Below are positions 1 through 12,924 of a DNA stretch of 64,000 bases, in pieces (the first letter of the stretch is position 1; each line of letters starts with the position of its first letter). The position numbers and the translations under genes are program-made. The notes beneath the pieces were generated by a model. That model saw nothing but the letters and a program-made list of their open reading frames with translations. It was not told where the DNA came from and ran no database searches. This DNA is from Hemiscyllium ocellatum (taxonomy: Eukaryota), in assembly GCF_020745735.1 (NCBI RefSeq), contig NC_083413.1, positions 98,676,409-98,740,408 of the forward strand. Direction: 5' to 3'.

Positions 1-430
1 CCAAATCGGCTGGCTCACTCTCCATCTTGATAAAAAAGTTGTATCATGTCATGGTCACTCATCCCCAAGGAGTCTCACGCAGCTAGATTGGCCATGATTC
101 CCTTCTCATTACACAGTACCCAGTCTAAGATGGCCTGCTCTCTAGTTGGTTCATCCACATATTGGTTAAGAAAACCATCCTGTATGTACTCCAGGAATTT
201 TTCCTCTAAGACATTGTGGCTAATTTGATTTGTCCAATCTAGATGCAGATTAAAATCACCCATGATCACAGATGTCTCCATATCACATGCTTGGCTAATT
301 TCCTGTTTAATACTATTCCGATATGACCACTGCAGTCTGGGGGTCTGTCTATGACACCCACTAATGTTTTTTGTCCCTTGGTATTTCACAGCTCCACCCA
401 TACAGTCTCCACATTGTCAAAGCTAATGTC
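1..430 (-). mobile_element. Decayed CR1-type LINE, ORF2 endonuclease fragment
   Basis: ORF 75..401(-) contains VIMGDFNLHLDW and QYVDEPTREQAILDWVL, typical CR1 APE-endonuclease motifs. Boundaries approximate. Confidence 0.8.
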
Positions 431-779
431 CTAAAAAGAGATGAACAAAAATACGTGACCAGGAATTGAGATATTTCTGCTCAATTATTGATCTTGATTT
501 GATGTTAATTAGCCTTGTCGACTTTCAATGAATAGCTTCGTAAAATCTGGGACCGCCAGCAGAAGGTGATGAGCTAGAACATTTGTGGAATTGCTTTCTC
601 AGTAAATGAACATAGATACAACTTGTTGAGTTTTTCACAGTAGATGACAGCAGGTGGAAGTGACGGCTGATAGTAGATCCTTCAACCAACACCTTCACTC
701 ATAAAAAGTTAAGGCACACAAAAGATTGACTGAGGCTACTTAGTTTAACATCATTTATTGAAAAAAATGGTGGAGTCTT

Positions 780-1400
780 TAAAAAAGGATGTTCCAGCAG
801 AAAACTGGGAATGGCTTTACAAAATGGAAATCTTGCCTGATAAATGTATTGGAATTCTTGGAGAAAATGGAGGATACCGTGATTGTAATATGTTTTGATT
901 TTCTGAAGGTGTTTGATAGCACCCATGCATAAGATTACTGAATAAGAAAGGAGCCTTGGCTTTGGACGGACTGTATTAACGTGGAGAGAGGATTTTTGAA
1001 ATCCCAATCCGAAAAGTTTGATGAAGTGTTTTATTTTACAGGATGTCAAAGTGTGGAGTACCACATAAATCTGTTCTGGGGGACAAAAAAATGTACAAAG
1101 TATTTTGATGACTTAGATGAGGAAAGTGAGTATATTGTAGGCAAGTTTGCGAAAGACACAAAAATTAGAGCGGAGACAAGTGGTGAGTATGACACAAAAA
1201 GAAGTTTGTGGAGCGATACAGATAGGACGAGAGTGAACAAGGAGCTTTGCACATTAATGTAATGTGGATTAAATAAATGAGAACAGACATAAACCGTGAA
1301 CTTGTGCATTTTAACAGGCAAGATAGAGATTGAATTCAGAAATCTACAGAAAGTCTGCATCTCCGAACCACAAAACGTTAGCTTTTAATTTCAACTGTCA
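780..1400 (+). mobile_element. Heavily decayed CR1-type reverse transcriptase fragment
   Basis: Around 880-930 a degenerate match to the D-x-x-LDFxKAFDxVPHxRL motif (tttgattttctgaaggtgtttgatagcacccatgcataagatt). Many stops and frameshifts. Confidence 0.5.
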
Positions 1401-1539
1401 ATAAAGATGGCAAATGTCATGTTGGGGTTTGTTTAAAAACTAATGGAATATTGAGATTAGGAACAGTCAGATAGAGCAGCGAATGTGTAGCTGAGGAACT
1501 GCTGCAGGGGTTAGGATTCCCATTTTTCAATCATTGGGA

Positions 1540-3085
1540 TCTCTTCAGGGATAGAAATGATCTATATAAGAGGGACCTGACTTGGAAGGGGACCGATATT
1601 CTTGTGGGGAAATTTGCTAGCAGTATGCTGAAGGTTTTAAATTAGTAAGGGGGATGGTGGGAACTAACAAGATAGTGAGAAAAGAGAAGTGTTTGAGTTG
1701 AGATGCGGTCAGCAATTCTCGGGGTCAAGGCAGACGACAGTTTGGCAAGAGCAAGGTAAGACTGTTAAACTGCATTTACTTTGATGGAAGAGGCCTGACA
1801 TGTGAGACAGATGAACATAGAGCATAGATGGGAATGTGGGACAAGGATATCATTACCATTACAGAAATGTGGCTCAGGGATGAACAGGACTGGCAACTTA
1901 ATGTTCCAGGATACAGATGTTATAGAATGGATAGACAGGAGATGGAGATGGAGGAGTGTTTTTGGTTAGAAAGAACATTACAGCTGGATGTAGAGAGGAT
2001 ATTTCTCGGAGACTGCCCAGTGAAGTTTTATGGATGAAACTTAAAAATAAGGAAGAGGTGATGACCTTGCTGGGATTGTAAAATGGGCCTCCTAATAGTC
2101 AGTGGGAAATTTACAAGCGATTATGCTTTCTGTAAGGAAAGAGGGTAATGGTAGGGAATTTTAACTTTCCAACCAGAGTTTGGGGTAGTGTTAAGATCTT
2201 GGAATGTGGAGAAATTGATTAAGTGTGTACAAGAAAACATTGTTATTCAATATGTGGATGCACCTACTGGACAGTTCGCAATACTTGACCTTCTGTTGGG
2301 AATCAAGGCAGGACAAGTGACTGAGGTGTCTGTAGGGACACGCTTCAGGGAAAGTGATCATAATTCTATTGGTTTAATAATAATGATGAGAAAGGATAGA
2401 ATTGATTTAAAAATGAAAGTTTCAAATTGGAGTGTGGCCAGTTTCAATGGTATAAGACTTTGAGATGTTGGTTGGGGGAGGTTATTCACAGGTAAAGGGA
2501 CGCCTGACAAGTGGGAGGCCTTTAAGAATGAGACAATGAGAGTTCAGTGATGGTATGTTTCTGTTTGTGTGAAGGGCAAGGCATGGGAAAAGCTCAATGA
2601 TGAGGGAAATTGCAACTCCTGTCCAGAAAACGAAGGGGGCATTTATCAGATATAGACAGCTGGGATTGAGTGAATCCTGAGAAGGGTGTAAGGGCAGTCA
2701 GAGTATACTTCACCAGGAAATCATGAGGGAAAAAAGAGGGCATGAAATTGCATGGCAAATAGAATTAAGGAGAATCCGAAAAGATTCTAAAATTATTTTA
2801 AGGTTAAAAGAATAACTAAGAAGAGAATACAGCCCTTAAAGATCAAATGAGTTCATCTTACAGAAGAGGAGGTGTTGGAGGTCTTAAAGTAGAAAAATGG
2901 AAATAAATCCTGGAGAGCTGATTAGGTATTTCTCAGAACTTTGTGGGAAGCTAGGGAAGGGATTCGTGGACCCCTTGCTGAGATATTTGTAACATCGATA
3001 ATCATAGATGAGATGCCAGACGACTGGAGAGTGACTAATGTGGCAGCATTATTGAAGAAAGTTGTATGAAAAGCCAGGGAACCAT
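1540..3085 (+). mobile_element. Decayed CR1-type LINE (ORF1 end, endonuclease, start of RT)
   Basis: ORF fragments DIITITEMWLRDEQDWQLNVPGYRCYR (1828) and QYVDAPT..ILDLLLG..GQVTEVSVG..SDHNSI (2188); DWRVTNV..LLKK-like motif near 3020. Confidence 0.8.
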
Positions 3086-3234
3086 AAATTGGTGAGCCTT
3101 TCACGCCAGAGATGCTGCCAGACCTTCTGAACATTTCCAGCAGTTTCCGTTTTTGTTTCTGCTACACAGCATCCATTGTTCTTTCAGTTTTTACTTAGTA
3201 GTCAGAGAGCATTACGTTTTGGATTGGAGGCCTG

Positions 3235-4455
3235 TTAGAACATAACAACATCCAAACATTAGAAATACGATCAGGAGTAGGCCATCTGACCCCACAGTCT
3301 GCTCTGCCTTTCAATATCATCATGGATCATCTTTCAATGGACTAAGATTCCACTTACCCACCCGCTCACTATAACCCTCCATTCCTTTACTGTTAAAAAA
3401 TCTATTTTACCTTTAAAACATTCAACAGGTTGGCCTCAGCTGCTTCACTAGGCAGGGGATTCCACAGCTTCACAACCCTTGGGTGAAGATGTTGATCCTC
3501 AACTCAGTCCTAAATCTGTTGCCCTTATTTTGAGGTTATGCCCCGTCGTTCTAATTTCACCCACCAGTGGAAATAGCCTCCCTGCTTCTGTCTTATCTAT
3601 CCCATTTATAATTTTACAACCCCCCTCCCACATTGTTATGAATTCCAGTGAGTATAATCCCAGTCTGCTCAATCTCTCCTCACAAACCAACCCCCTCATT
3701 TCCAGAATCAACACAATCAACCTCCTCAGCAAACCCCACCCCAGTGCCATCTCATGTAAGTGATGAAAAGTGTACAGAGTACTGCAGGCATGGTCACACC
3801 AGCGCCCTATACAGCTGCAGCAGAAAGTCCTAATTTTAAACTCTGCCAATGAAGAACACTATTCCATTTGTCTTCCTAATTAGCTACTGTACTTGCAAAC
3901 CATACTTTTGTGTTTCATGCACAAGAACAGCCAAGTCCCCCTGCACAGCAGCATTCTGTTTGTTATTATTCCTACCAAAATGGATGACCTCACGTTTACT
4001 AACATTGTACTCCATCTGCCAGACTCTTGCCCACTCACTTAACCTGTCTATATCCTCCTGCACACTTTGCTCTATCACTCATTTAAGTGCCTTCTGCGAA
4101 CTACAACACACTACACTTGGATCTCTAACTAGAAGCAATCGACCTGAATTGTAAACAATTGCAATCCCAACACTCATCCCTGAGACACACCACTCGCCAC
4201 TGATTGCCAACCAGAAAAACACCCATTTATCCCCACGTTTTGCATTCTGTTAGTTAACCAGTTTTCTGTCTCTGCTAATGCATTGCCTGTAACACTGTGC
4301 ATCTTTATCTTATGCAGCAGCCTTTTGTGCAGCATCTTGCTGAATGCCTTTTGGAAATCCAGATACACCACGTTCACCAGTTCCCCATTGTCTACCACGC
4401 TCATTATGACCTCAAAGAATTCCAATTAATCAGTTAAACATGACCTGCCTTTCAT
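3235..4455 (-). mobile_element. CR1-type LINE 3' portion (RT and tail)
   Basis: ORF 4174..4425(-) VVYLDFQKAF..HKRLLHKIK..WLTNR.QNVGINGCFSGWQSVASGVSQG; ORF 3884..4078(-) WARVWQMEYNVSKREVIHFGRNN. Confidence 0.85.
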
Positions 4456-4469
4456 GAACCCAAACTTTA

Positions 4470-5270
4470 TTAAATAAATGTGAGGTGCTGCATTTTTGTA
4501 AGGCAAACCAGGGCAAGACTTATACAATTAATGGCTGGGCCTTGGGGAGTGTTGCTGAGCAAAGAAACCAAAGGGAGCAGATGCATCATTCCTTGAAAGT
4601 GGAGTTGCAGGTAGACAGGGTGGGGAAGAAGGTGTTTGGCATGCTTTCCTTCATTGGTCATAACATTAAGTGTAGGAGTCGAGATGTCATCTCTCAGCTG
4701 TACAGAACATTTGTGAGGCCACGTTTAGAATTATTACAGACAAATCTGGCTGACCATTTCTGTGAAGGATTTTGTGAAACTTGAGGGGATGTAGAAAAGA
4801 TTTCCAAGAATGATGCTGGAACTGGAGTGTTTAAGTTATAAGGTGAAGCTGAATAGGCTGGGGCTTTTCTTTTCCCTACAGTGAGAGGAAAGGAGGCTGA
4901 GGAGTGGCCTGAACAAGACCCTATAAAACCATGCAGGGCATTGATATGGTGAATAGCCAAGGCCTTTTTCCTCGAGTGGGAGAGTCCAAAACTAGAGGAC
5001 AGCAGATTAAGGTGAGAGGAGAAACGTTTGAAATGAACCTGAGGGGTAACCTTTTCACGTGTGTGACTGGAAACAGCTGCCAGTGGTAGTGGTGGAGGTG
5101 GGTTCAATTACTGCATTTATAAGGCACCTGGATGGGTGTATGAACAGGTAACATTTAGAGAAAGATAGGCCAAATGTCTGGTAAATGGTACTCAGTCAGG
5201 TTGGGATATCTGGGCAGTGCAGTTGGACCGAAGGGTCTGTTTCTGTGCCTGATATCTGTATGACTATAAT
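4470..5270 (+). mobile_element. CR1-type LINE 3' end
   Basis: ORF 4485 (LHFCKANQGKTYTINGWALGSVAEQR..LYRTFVRPRLE) matches CR1 post-RT C-terminus; CR1-like tail near 5230-5270. Confidence 0.8.
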
Positions 5271-5299
5271 GTTTGTTAAAACTGAAAAGAAGCTCTATT

Positions 5300-5790
5300 T
5301 TTACCACAGCTGGAATACTGTGGACTGTTCTTGGGACTCATCTCACAAAGAAAAGGTACACTGGACTGTGAGACAATCCACACGAGGTTTAGTCGACTGA
5401 TCCTGAGGATGGAGGGACTGTCTTGAGAGTAGAGACTGAGTCGTTTGGGCCTATACTCATTAGAACATAGAAGATTCAGTGGTGACATTCTGAAACATCT
5501 ATTATTTTCAGGAAACTTGATGGTGTAAATGCAGAAATGTAGTTTCCCCTTGTGGGAGAGGTTCGGGCCAGTGAGTAAAATCTCTGAATTAGAGGTCACA
5601 AATGTCAGGCAGAACAGAATTTTGTCTCCCAGAATGTAGTGAATCTGTGGAATTTGTTTCCATAGAACACTGAAGGCTGAAATGGGCAGGTTTTGATTTG
5701 GGAATTGAATCAATGCTTACAGTTAAACGCTGTAAAAATGGAGGTGAGGATTATCAGCTCAGCTATGATGTCATTGTTTGGAAGCCCAAA
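5300..5790 (+). mobile_element. CR1-type LINE 3' fragment
   Basis: Degenerate RERLSRLGLYSLE.RR..GD..ET-type sequence at 5425-5500, homologous to the other CR1 3' ends here. Confidence 0.6.
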
Positions 5791-6360
5791 CCCCATTGGC
5801 TGAACAGACTGCTTCTGGTTCCCTCTCATTGACTTTTGCTCTAAGTTAGTCTTTTCAGAATTATATAGGTCTCATCTAAATTAACCTCCATGTTTGAAGC
5901 CCAGCTGCTTCAATCCCCCCTCATCATGAAAAAAGACAGGGATCATCTTTCTCACTGTTTGGTGGCATTGCATTCTGCCTCTAATGCAGTGACTACATTT
6001 ATAGTCCTTCAGTTCTGTTAAATATTTGTCAAACACAACCACGGCTGTCACAGAAAAGGTTAAAGACAGATCAAAACTACATTTAAACTACCATATCAAG
6101 CACACTGTCGGCATGTGTTGCATGGAATACACACATGTTGCATATTAAAGCTCTCTCAGTACTCATCCATTAAACACTGCAAGGGTTGTTCAGAGATGAT
6201 TTGCTTATGTGTGCGTGTATGTCTGTGCCTGTAAATGATAGTCTACTTGTATAACAAAGTTTCGATGTATAGTGTTGTTCCCTTTTTATTCTGGTGTCAA
6301 GCATTTCAAAATCAGAAAGACAGTGGGTAGGAGTTCAAATCCCTTCACACGGCTACATCA

Positions 6361-6670
6361 AATTAGATTAGACTTACAGTGTGGAAACAGGCCCTTCGAG
6401 TCCACACTGACCCGCCGAAGTGCAACCCACCCATACCCCTATTTTACCCCTTACCTAACACTGGCAATTTAGCTTGGCCAATTCACCTGACCCACACATC
6501 TTTGGACTGTGGGAGGAAACCTGATCACCCGGAGGAAACCCACGCAGACATGCAAACTCCACACAGTCACTCGCCTGAGTCGGGAATTGAACCCGGGTTA
6601 CAGGCGCTGTGAGGCAGCAGTGCTAACCACTGTGCCACCGTGCCGCCCACTGTGCCACCGTGCCGCCCAC
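6361..6670 (-). mobile_element. tRNA-derived shark SINE (HE1-like)
   Basis: Minus strand starts gggcggcacggtggcacagtggttagcactgctgcctcacagcgcc (tRNA-like A box region), central gtgtggagtttgca block, tail ending ...aagtctaatctaa. Confidence 0.85.
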
Positions 6671-8464
6671 CAATGTTTTCTGTGATTGTACAGCTCATGT
6701 AATGTGCTGGGTAAATCTCCCTCTATATTGTGTTGTCCAATGCAATCATGTCAAATATATTTTGGTTTAGACACAGAGTAGAGCTGCATCCAGGATTCCC
6801 TAAAAAACATCCTCCCAGAGTCGATACAGAATAAATTGACCTCTATAATATTAAACCTTACATGAGATGTGCAGCGTCAGGTTAATTGTAGACTAAATAT
6901 GCATTACATTGAACCATTAAACATTCCTCAGACAAGAATAATAGTGCAGAGATACAATGAAAACACTAACACAGTAAAGTCTTGCAGCCTCATTCCTATC
7001 AAGCGTTTCCAGATCACTCAATGCTCAGACAGATTTTTGAGAAAATCTTGTTGTCCTGACTCAAATCTCTCGAAAGAAATGGATGAATTTGGCTGAGAGG
7101 CAATGTTGGTGAGGTGTTGGCTTCATGTTATTGGGGAAAACATTGTCCGATTGTGGAGAGGCAAAACAAGGCATCAGAGATAAAGAAAAAAGGGGGAAGG
7201 CAGGAGGGGAAGAGAGAAAAAGAGACACAGAAATATTAGCTGTGCCAATGTATCTCTTAATTATAGTTTTTTGACTAAACATGACAATTGATACCTCTGT
7301 CATTCAACAATCATACAACTTATGTATTAAAAAGTCCGAACATCAATTAGTATTGGAATCCATTGAGTTATTTGCATTTTTTCCACAATTCGTGTGCTGT
7401 GCTTGTAGGGAAATATAAATGAGGGTTTTGTGGTTCTGTAATCTATTCTGAGAATTCTATTTCTGTGTTTATTTACATAAATGCTTAATTGGCTTCAAGG
7501 AAGTGATGTTGGCAGCAAAGCCAGGTGAATGAAGTGATTTGGTGGTAAGTTTCAAATCGAAACAAGTTTATTTTAAGAATGTTGACCATTTGCAGAAGTG
7601 AATAAAAATTTATGAAGCCGAATTGCAACAGATTTTATTTATTTCTGAAAGATAAATAATTTAAAACTTTTATTTAGGTTAACAATTCAGTGCTGAAAAT
7701 TCTGCAAATTTAGAATATTCACGTGAAATACAGGAACTGCCGCAACAATTACATTTAATTGATATAGTTGTTACGAGGTTTCGTTACACGTATTACTTAA
7801 TGGTAAGGGTCAGCAATGAGTCCCTATCCCCAACTGCCCATTGAATAGCTTGCTAAAGCCACTTCAGAACACAGTCAATTACTTCCCAGTGGGTCTGGAA
7901 TCTCATGTCGGCCAGACCATGTAGATGTGACAGATGCCTTGCCATTCGTGAACCAGCTGTTTTTGTATTTTTCCATTGACTCGGATTACATGGTCATCAT
8001 TTGCCTTCCTTTCTGATTCCAGGATTTCTTTAAATTCAAATTTCACTCAAATGCAAAACGATGATATTTCAAACCCTGTCCATTCAACATCAAAGTGGAG
8101 TTCGAGAATACTGGTCTCATGATATCATCACTGTGATCCGAATGTTGGAAATGTACAGAAAGCACAGAAATGCAATAAATCTGACACTTTACATCATGAA
8201 CAAATATTGGAGTGGAATACTGGCAAGAACTCTCTTGCTGTTCACAGCAACATCACATTGCATCCAATCACCAATCTAAAATCTGTCTGAAGAGCCTGAC
8301 TCACCGTCATTTGCATTTGTTGAATTCTTCACTGAATTATGAAAGCGTTAGTCACATATCCCAAGGTGGTCATCAGCTCCCATTTTGAGGCCTGCCATCT
8401 TGTTCGGCTAATTATGGTTGATCTTTCTTAAGAAGCTTTATTACAACCAAATGGCTTCTCAGTC

Positions 8465-8682
8465 GAGACTGTAGTGCTGGAAAAGTACAGCAGGTCAGGC
8501 AGCATCCGAGGAGCAGGAGAATCGACGTTTTGGGCATAAAGCCTTTATTAAGATACCTGATGTAGTTGTTATGCCTGGGACGTTGATTCTCCTGCCCCTT
8601 GGATGCTGCCTGACCTGCTGTGCTTTTCCAGCACTACATTCTCAACTCAGATCTCCAGCACCTGCAGTCCTCACTTTCTCCT
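8465..8682. mobile_element. Short hairpin-type repeat, family 1 (degenerate)
   Basis: ctggaaaagtacagcaggtcaggcagcatc at ~8478 and its reverse complement at ~8603-8635; same family as 10230-10456. Confidence 0.75.
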
Positions 8683-9049
8683 GATGGGTTTCTTAGTCAG
8701 GTTCGGCACAGGAAAGGAACCATCGCCTTTTTGTTGAACAGGTAGGGAAGGCCAGGTAGGAAGGTCGCACATCCTCCTCTGAAGGACAATACTGAACCAT
8801 GTAACATGCTTCAAAACTTTGGTAGGTCTGTGATTATCATTCGTTACTTCAGCAGTTTCATTTCATACTCTTTCATTAATTGAAGCTACTATGGTATAGT
8901 TTGATTCTGGAACTTTACTCCAAACCTTTTGATTGCTTATTACATGCTCATAATGCCTCCTTAACCACTTTCTCAAACTGTCATGTTAGCCTCAATGATT
9001 TTTTTATTGACTCATGGAACACGGTGGTTGCTTTTAGTTGTCGGTAGGT

Positions 9050-11050
9050 GTCCTTCAGAAGATGGCAGAAAGCTGCCTTTCTGAAATAACATCTTCCAAA
9101 ATGACCTGAGGAAGGGAATTCCAGATTTTGACCCAGTTACAGTGAAAGATCGATGATATATTTCCATGTCAGGATGCTGAGTAGTTTAGAGAGGAGCTTA
9201 CAGTGGTGCTGCTCCCATGTATCTGCTGTTCTTATCCATCGAGATGCAAGTGGTAGTGGGAAGGTACTGTGTAAGGAAGTGGCTAAGTTACTGCAGTGCA
9301 GTATTTTAGATAGTGCATACGGCTGGTATGCCTGAAGAAGGGCTTATGCCCGAAACATCGATTCTCCTGCTCCTTGGATGCTGCCTGACCTGCTGCGCTT
9401 TTCTAGCAACACATTTTTCAGCATATGGCAGGTACTAAGCATCAGATTTGGAGGCAATGGACGCTTGTGGATGTGCTGCTGATCAAGTGGGATGCTTTGT
9501 CCTGGACAATGCCTAGCTTCTTGAGTGCAGTTGAAGGTGCTCCTGTCCAGTCAAAGGGCGAGCTGTGCTATTACCCTCCTGACTTCTGTCTCTTAGACAG
9601 TCAGTTGGCTTTGCAAGTCAGGAGGGTGAGTTACTCGCTACAGTATTCCTAGCCTCTGGCCTGCTCTTACAACCATTGAATTTATATGGAGTGTCCAGCT
9701 CAATTTCTAATGAACAATAAAACCCAGGATGTTACACTATTGAATGCCAAGGGGTTTTGGTTAGATTGTCTCTTATTGTCAATGGTCATTGTCTCGCAGG
9801 TTTGTGGTGTGAATGCTATTTGCCACTTGTCAGCTCAAGGCTGGAAATTGTCCAGATTTTGTTGCGTTTGAATGTGGACTGAGCAGTCCCAAAAAAAGTG
9901 CTAGATCAATGCAGATTTCACTTCTGACCTTCTGAGGGAGGGAAAGGCATTGCTGAAGCAGCTGAACATGATTGGGCCAAGGACACTTTCTTTAGGAACT
10001 CCAACAGAGATTTGCTTTGGCTGAGACGACTGCCCTCTAACAAGCAGAGCCACCTTCCAATGTGTGAGGTCTGACTGCAGGCAGCAGGGAGGTTGTCACC
10101 TGATACCCATTGAATCCAGTTTTGCTAGGACTCCATAATATCACACTCTGTCAAATGTGACCTTAATGTGAAGGGCTGTCACTCTTCCCTCATTTCTGGA
10201 ATTCAGTTCTTTGTCCATGTTTAAATCAACTAGGAGAAAGTGAGGACCGCAGATGCTGGAGATCAGAGCTTAAAAATGTGTTGCTGGAAAAGCGCAGCAG
10301 GTCAGGCAGCATCAAAGGAGCAGGAGAATCGGCGTTTCGGGCATAAGCCCTTCTTCAGGAATCAGGCTTCAGAAGGGCTTATGCCCAAAACGTCGATTCT
10401 CCTGCTCCTTTGATGCTGCCTGACCTGCTGCGCTTTTCCAGCAACACATTTTTAAGCCATGTTTAAATCAAGTCTGTAATTCAGTCATGAGCTGAGTAGG
10501 CCTTGCGTAACCCACATTTTATGTCACTGAGCAGGTTATTACTGAGCTAGTGCTGCTTGATAGCACTGTTGAAAGCACCTTCCTACACCTAACTCATGAT
10601 TGAGCATGGACTGATGGAGCAGTAATTCGCCAGGGTGGTTTGACCTATTTTCTGTGCACAGGACATGCCTGGCCTATTTTCCACATTGTCCATGCCAGTG
10701 TGGTAGCTGTACTGGGAGTGCTTGGCTAGCACAAGTCAGCAGTATTATTGCCAGAATTTTGTCAGGCTCCATAGCATTTGCAGTAACCAGTGCCCCCCAA
10801 CAGTGCCTTGATTTCACATGGAGAGAAGCGAATTCCCTGAAGACAGGTATCTGTGATATTGGTGATCTATAGAAGATGCTGAGATGGATCAGACAATTGG
10901 CACTTCTGGCTGACGATTGCTGTGAATGCTTCAGCCTTAACTTTTGCGCTGATGTGTTGTGCTCTCCAAAGCAGAGCAAGGGGATATCTGTGGAGCTTAT
11001 TCCTTCAATGAGTTGTTTAATTATCAACTTTAGTTCATGACTTGATGTGG
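9050..11050 (-). mobile_element. Old decayed LINE-like sequence interrupted by younger short elements
   Basis: Repeat-like degenerate sequence without intact ORF; interrupted by a half family-1 element (9331-9422) and a full one (10230-10456). Family not assignable by eye. Confidence 0.4.
10230..10456. mobile_element. Hairpin non-autonomous retro-insertion, family 1, with 15-bp target-site duplication
   Basis: Near-perfect inverted arms 10268-10358 and ~10369-10457; direct repeat ccatgtttaaatcaa at 10215-10229 and 10457-10471. Confidence 0.9.
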
Positions 11051-11129
11051 CAGCACTGCAGGCTCAGACCCCAGTTTCCTAAAGTAATGGTCTAGCCACA
11101 ATATCTCCAGACTATAACTCCAACCCACA

Positions 11130-11720
11130 CTCCATGATGTGGATATGGACAACAGAAGATCGCTTATCCTTTGTATTTGTAGATTCCAACAATGCATCGT
11201 ATATTCACTTCATTTGTTAGTCTTGAAAATGCTTTACTTCACAGACTTTAGGATATAATGTTCTGTTTTCAATTCTTCTCTCCAACAGGCAAGGTCATCG
11301 ATGTCACACTAGCTTTCCTCCTCATTAATTGCAAAACCAAACGTTTTTCACCTCATCTTTGAACTTACTGATCAAAATTGCTACATTCTTGACTAGATCG
11401 TTCATATACGCTGCAAACAGCAAAGGATCCAGCACCAAGTCGTATAGTAAGCCACTGGACACAAGATGTCTTCACAATGTCTACCTTCGACCATTACCTT
11501 CTGCCAACAAATAACCCTTCGATGCATTTGCCAAACTGCACCAGATCCCATGAACCCTTAGTATATTGAAGATGCAAGACCTGGTCAAAAACCTGATTGA
11601 AGTCAAGAAGCATTACATCCACTTTTTACACCCGATGGCACATCTCATTGCCTCTGCGGAAAACAGAATCAACCACTTCCGATATGATCTCACTTCCACC
11701 AAAGCCCTGCTGAATTTTAT
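11130..11720 (-). mobile_element. Decayed LINE RT fragment
   Basis: Degenerate antisense RT-like sequence (e.g. 11560-11620 reads as DVMLLDFNQVFDQVLH on the minus strand); no intact ORF. Confidence 0.5.
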
Positions 11721-12924
11721 TGCTTAAATGTTACAATTCCAACTTTTAATGAATGCTGTCTCTTAGATTTATTTATTACCTTCCCTCAAGCTTTCTACTT
11801 TTAAACATAAACTACATATTGTCATTTCGCTCCTTTCACCCGATGATATCTCTTCTTATCTCTCTGACAGATAATTTACTCGAGCTGAAATAATCTTGTG
11901 TCTCTTCTGCTTCATTCTGGAAAATGGGAATGGAATTGAATACAATGTTGAGACCAACAGCAAACTGTCCGTTTGTTCTTGACACTGTCAGTGTGTGTTC
12001 ACCCTCAGAGGTAGGAAGACTGTTTGTGCTGATAATACGGAAAGTAGCGCCTGATGTATCATTCTCAGCTGGTGCGCAACTTCCTGTTTCTATGTGCCAG
12101 CAGCAAGCCACACATCTCACTTCTGATCAGAAAATAAACCCAGGGGATACAATCTGGCAGAAACACCTGCCAATGTGGCCTAGATCAGGACACAGAGTGT
12201 GAAGTGATCACATTGAAGTGACATTTGCAAATCGACCTTTCGATCTCTATTTCACGGTCTGATTCCAGGACGTCGTTGGACGAGTCTCTCGACGATCTAA
12301 CAAGCTCATTCGATTCACTAACGTCTGGAACACATTGACATGCACCTTTCCATGTCTTTGATCTTGTACTACTTGTTACTCTCTCTTCAGATTTAATGTT
12401 CCCAGCTTTTGATTCTGTCTTCTGTATCCATCACCTTCCCACCCAAATACATTCTGTTTGATCTATTTCCTAAATTTTGATCAACTAAACAAATAATACA
12501 GTTTAGTACAGACAGGTATGTTGGTGTGTCCGATTAACAGAATCAATATATGGAGAGATCATATTGGCTGTATCTAAATCTGACCAACATTGAATTCAAA
12601 TAAACCACCGCACTGTGTGGTTTCAAACCTTGCAAATCTTCTCTCTTTGATAGAGCTTGTTCTAACAGTTAATTCTTGTCTTGATTATTTCAGAAACTAT
12701 AACTAAAAATCCCTATTTTTAACCAAGTTTCAAATATTATTACAAGTTGCAGCACTGGCATTTCCTACAGTGAGCGTTGTGGTGTTTAAATGTTCTGGTC
12801 AAAATTTGCTTCAAGCAGAAGACTGAACCATTGGTTTCTCTGAGTTCCCAGCCACTGCCCTTGCAGTTCCATAATAACTGCAAGCTATTGATAAGCCCCA
12901 GAATGAACAGAATGTCCAGGCCCT

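Noticed and set aside
11960-12052. Chemokine-like fragment NCP...VFTLRGRKTVCAD on the + strand
   Set aside because: Needs a frameshift, gives an 18-residue Cys spacing instead of about 15, and has no CC/CXC exon or signal peptide nearby.
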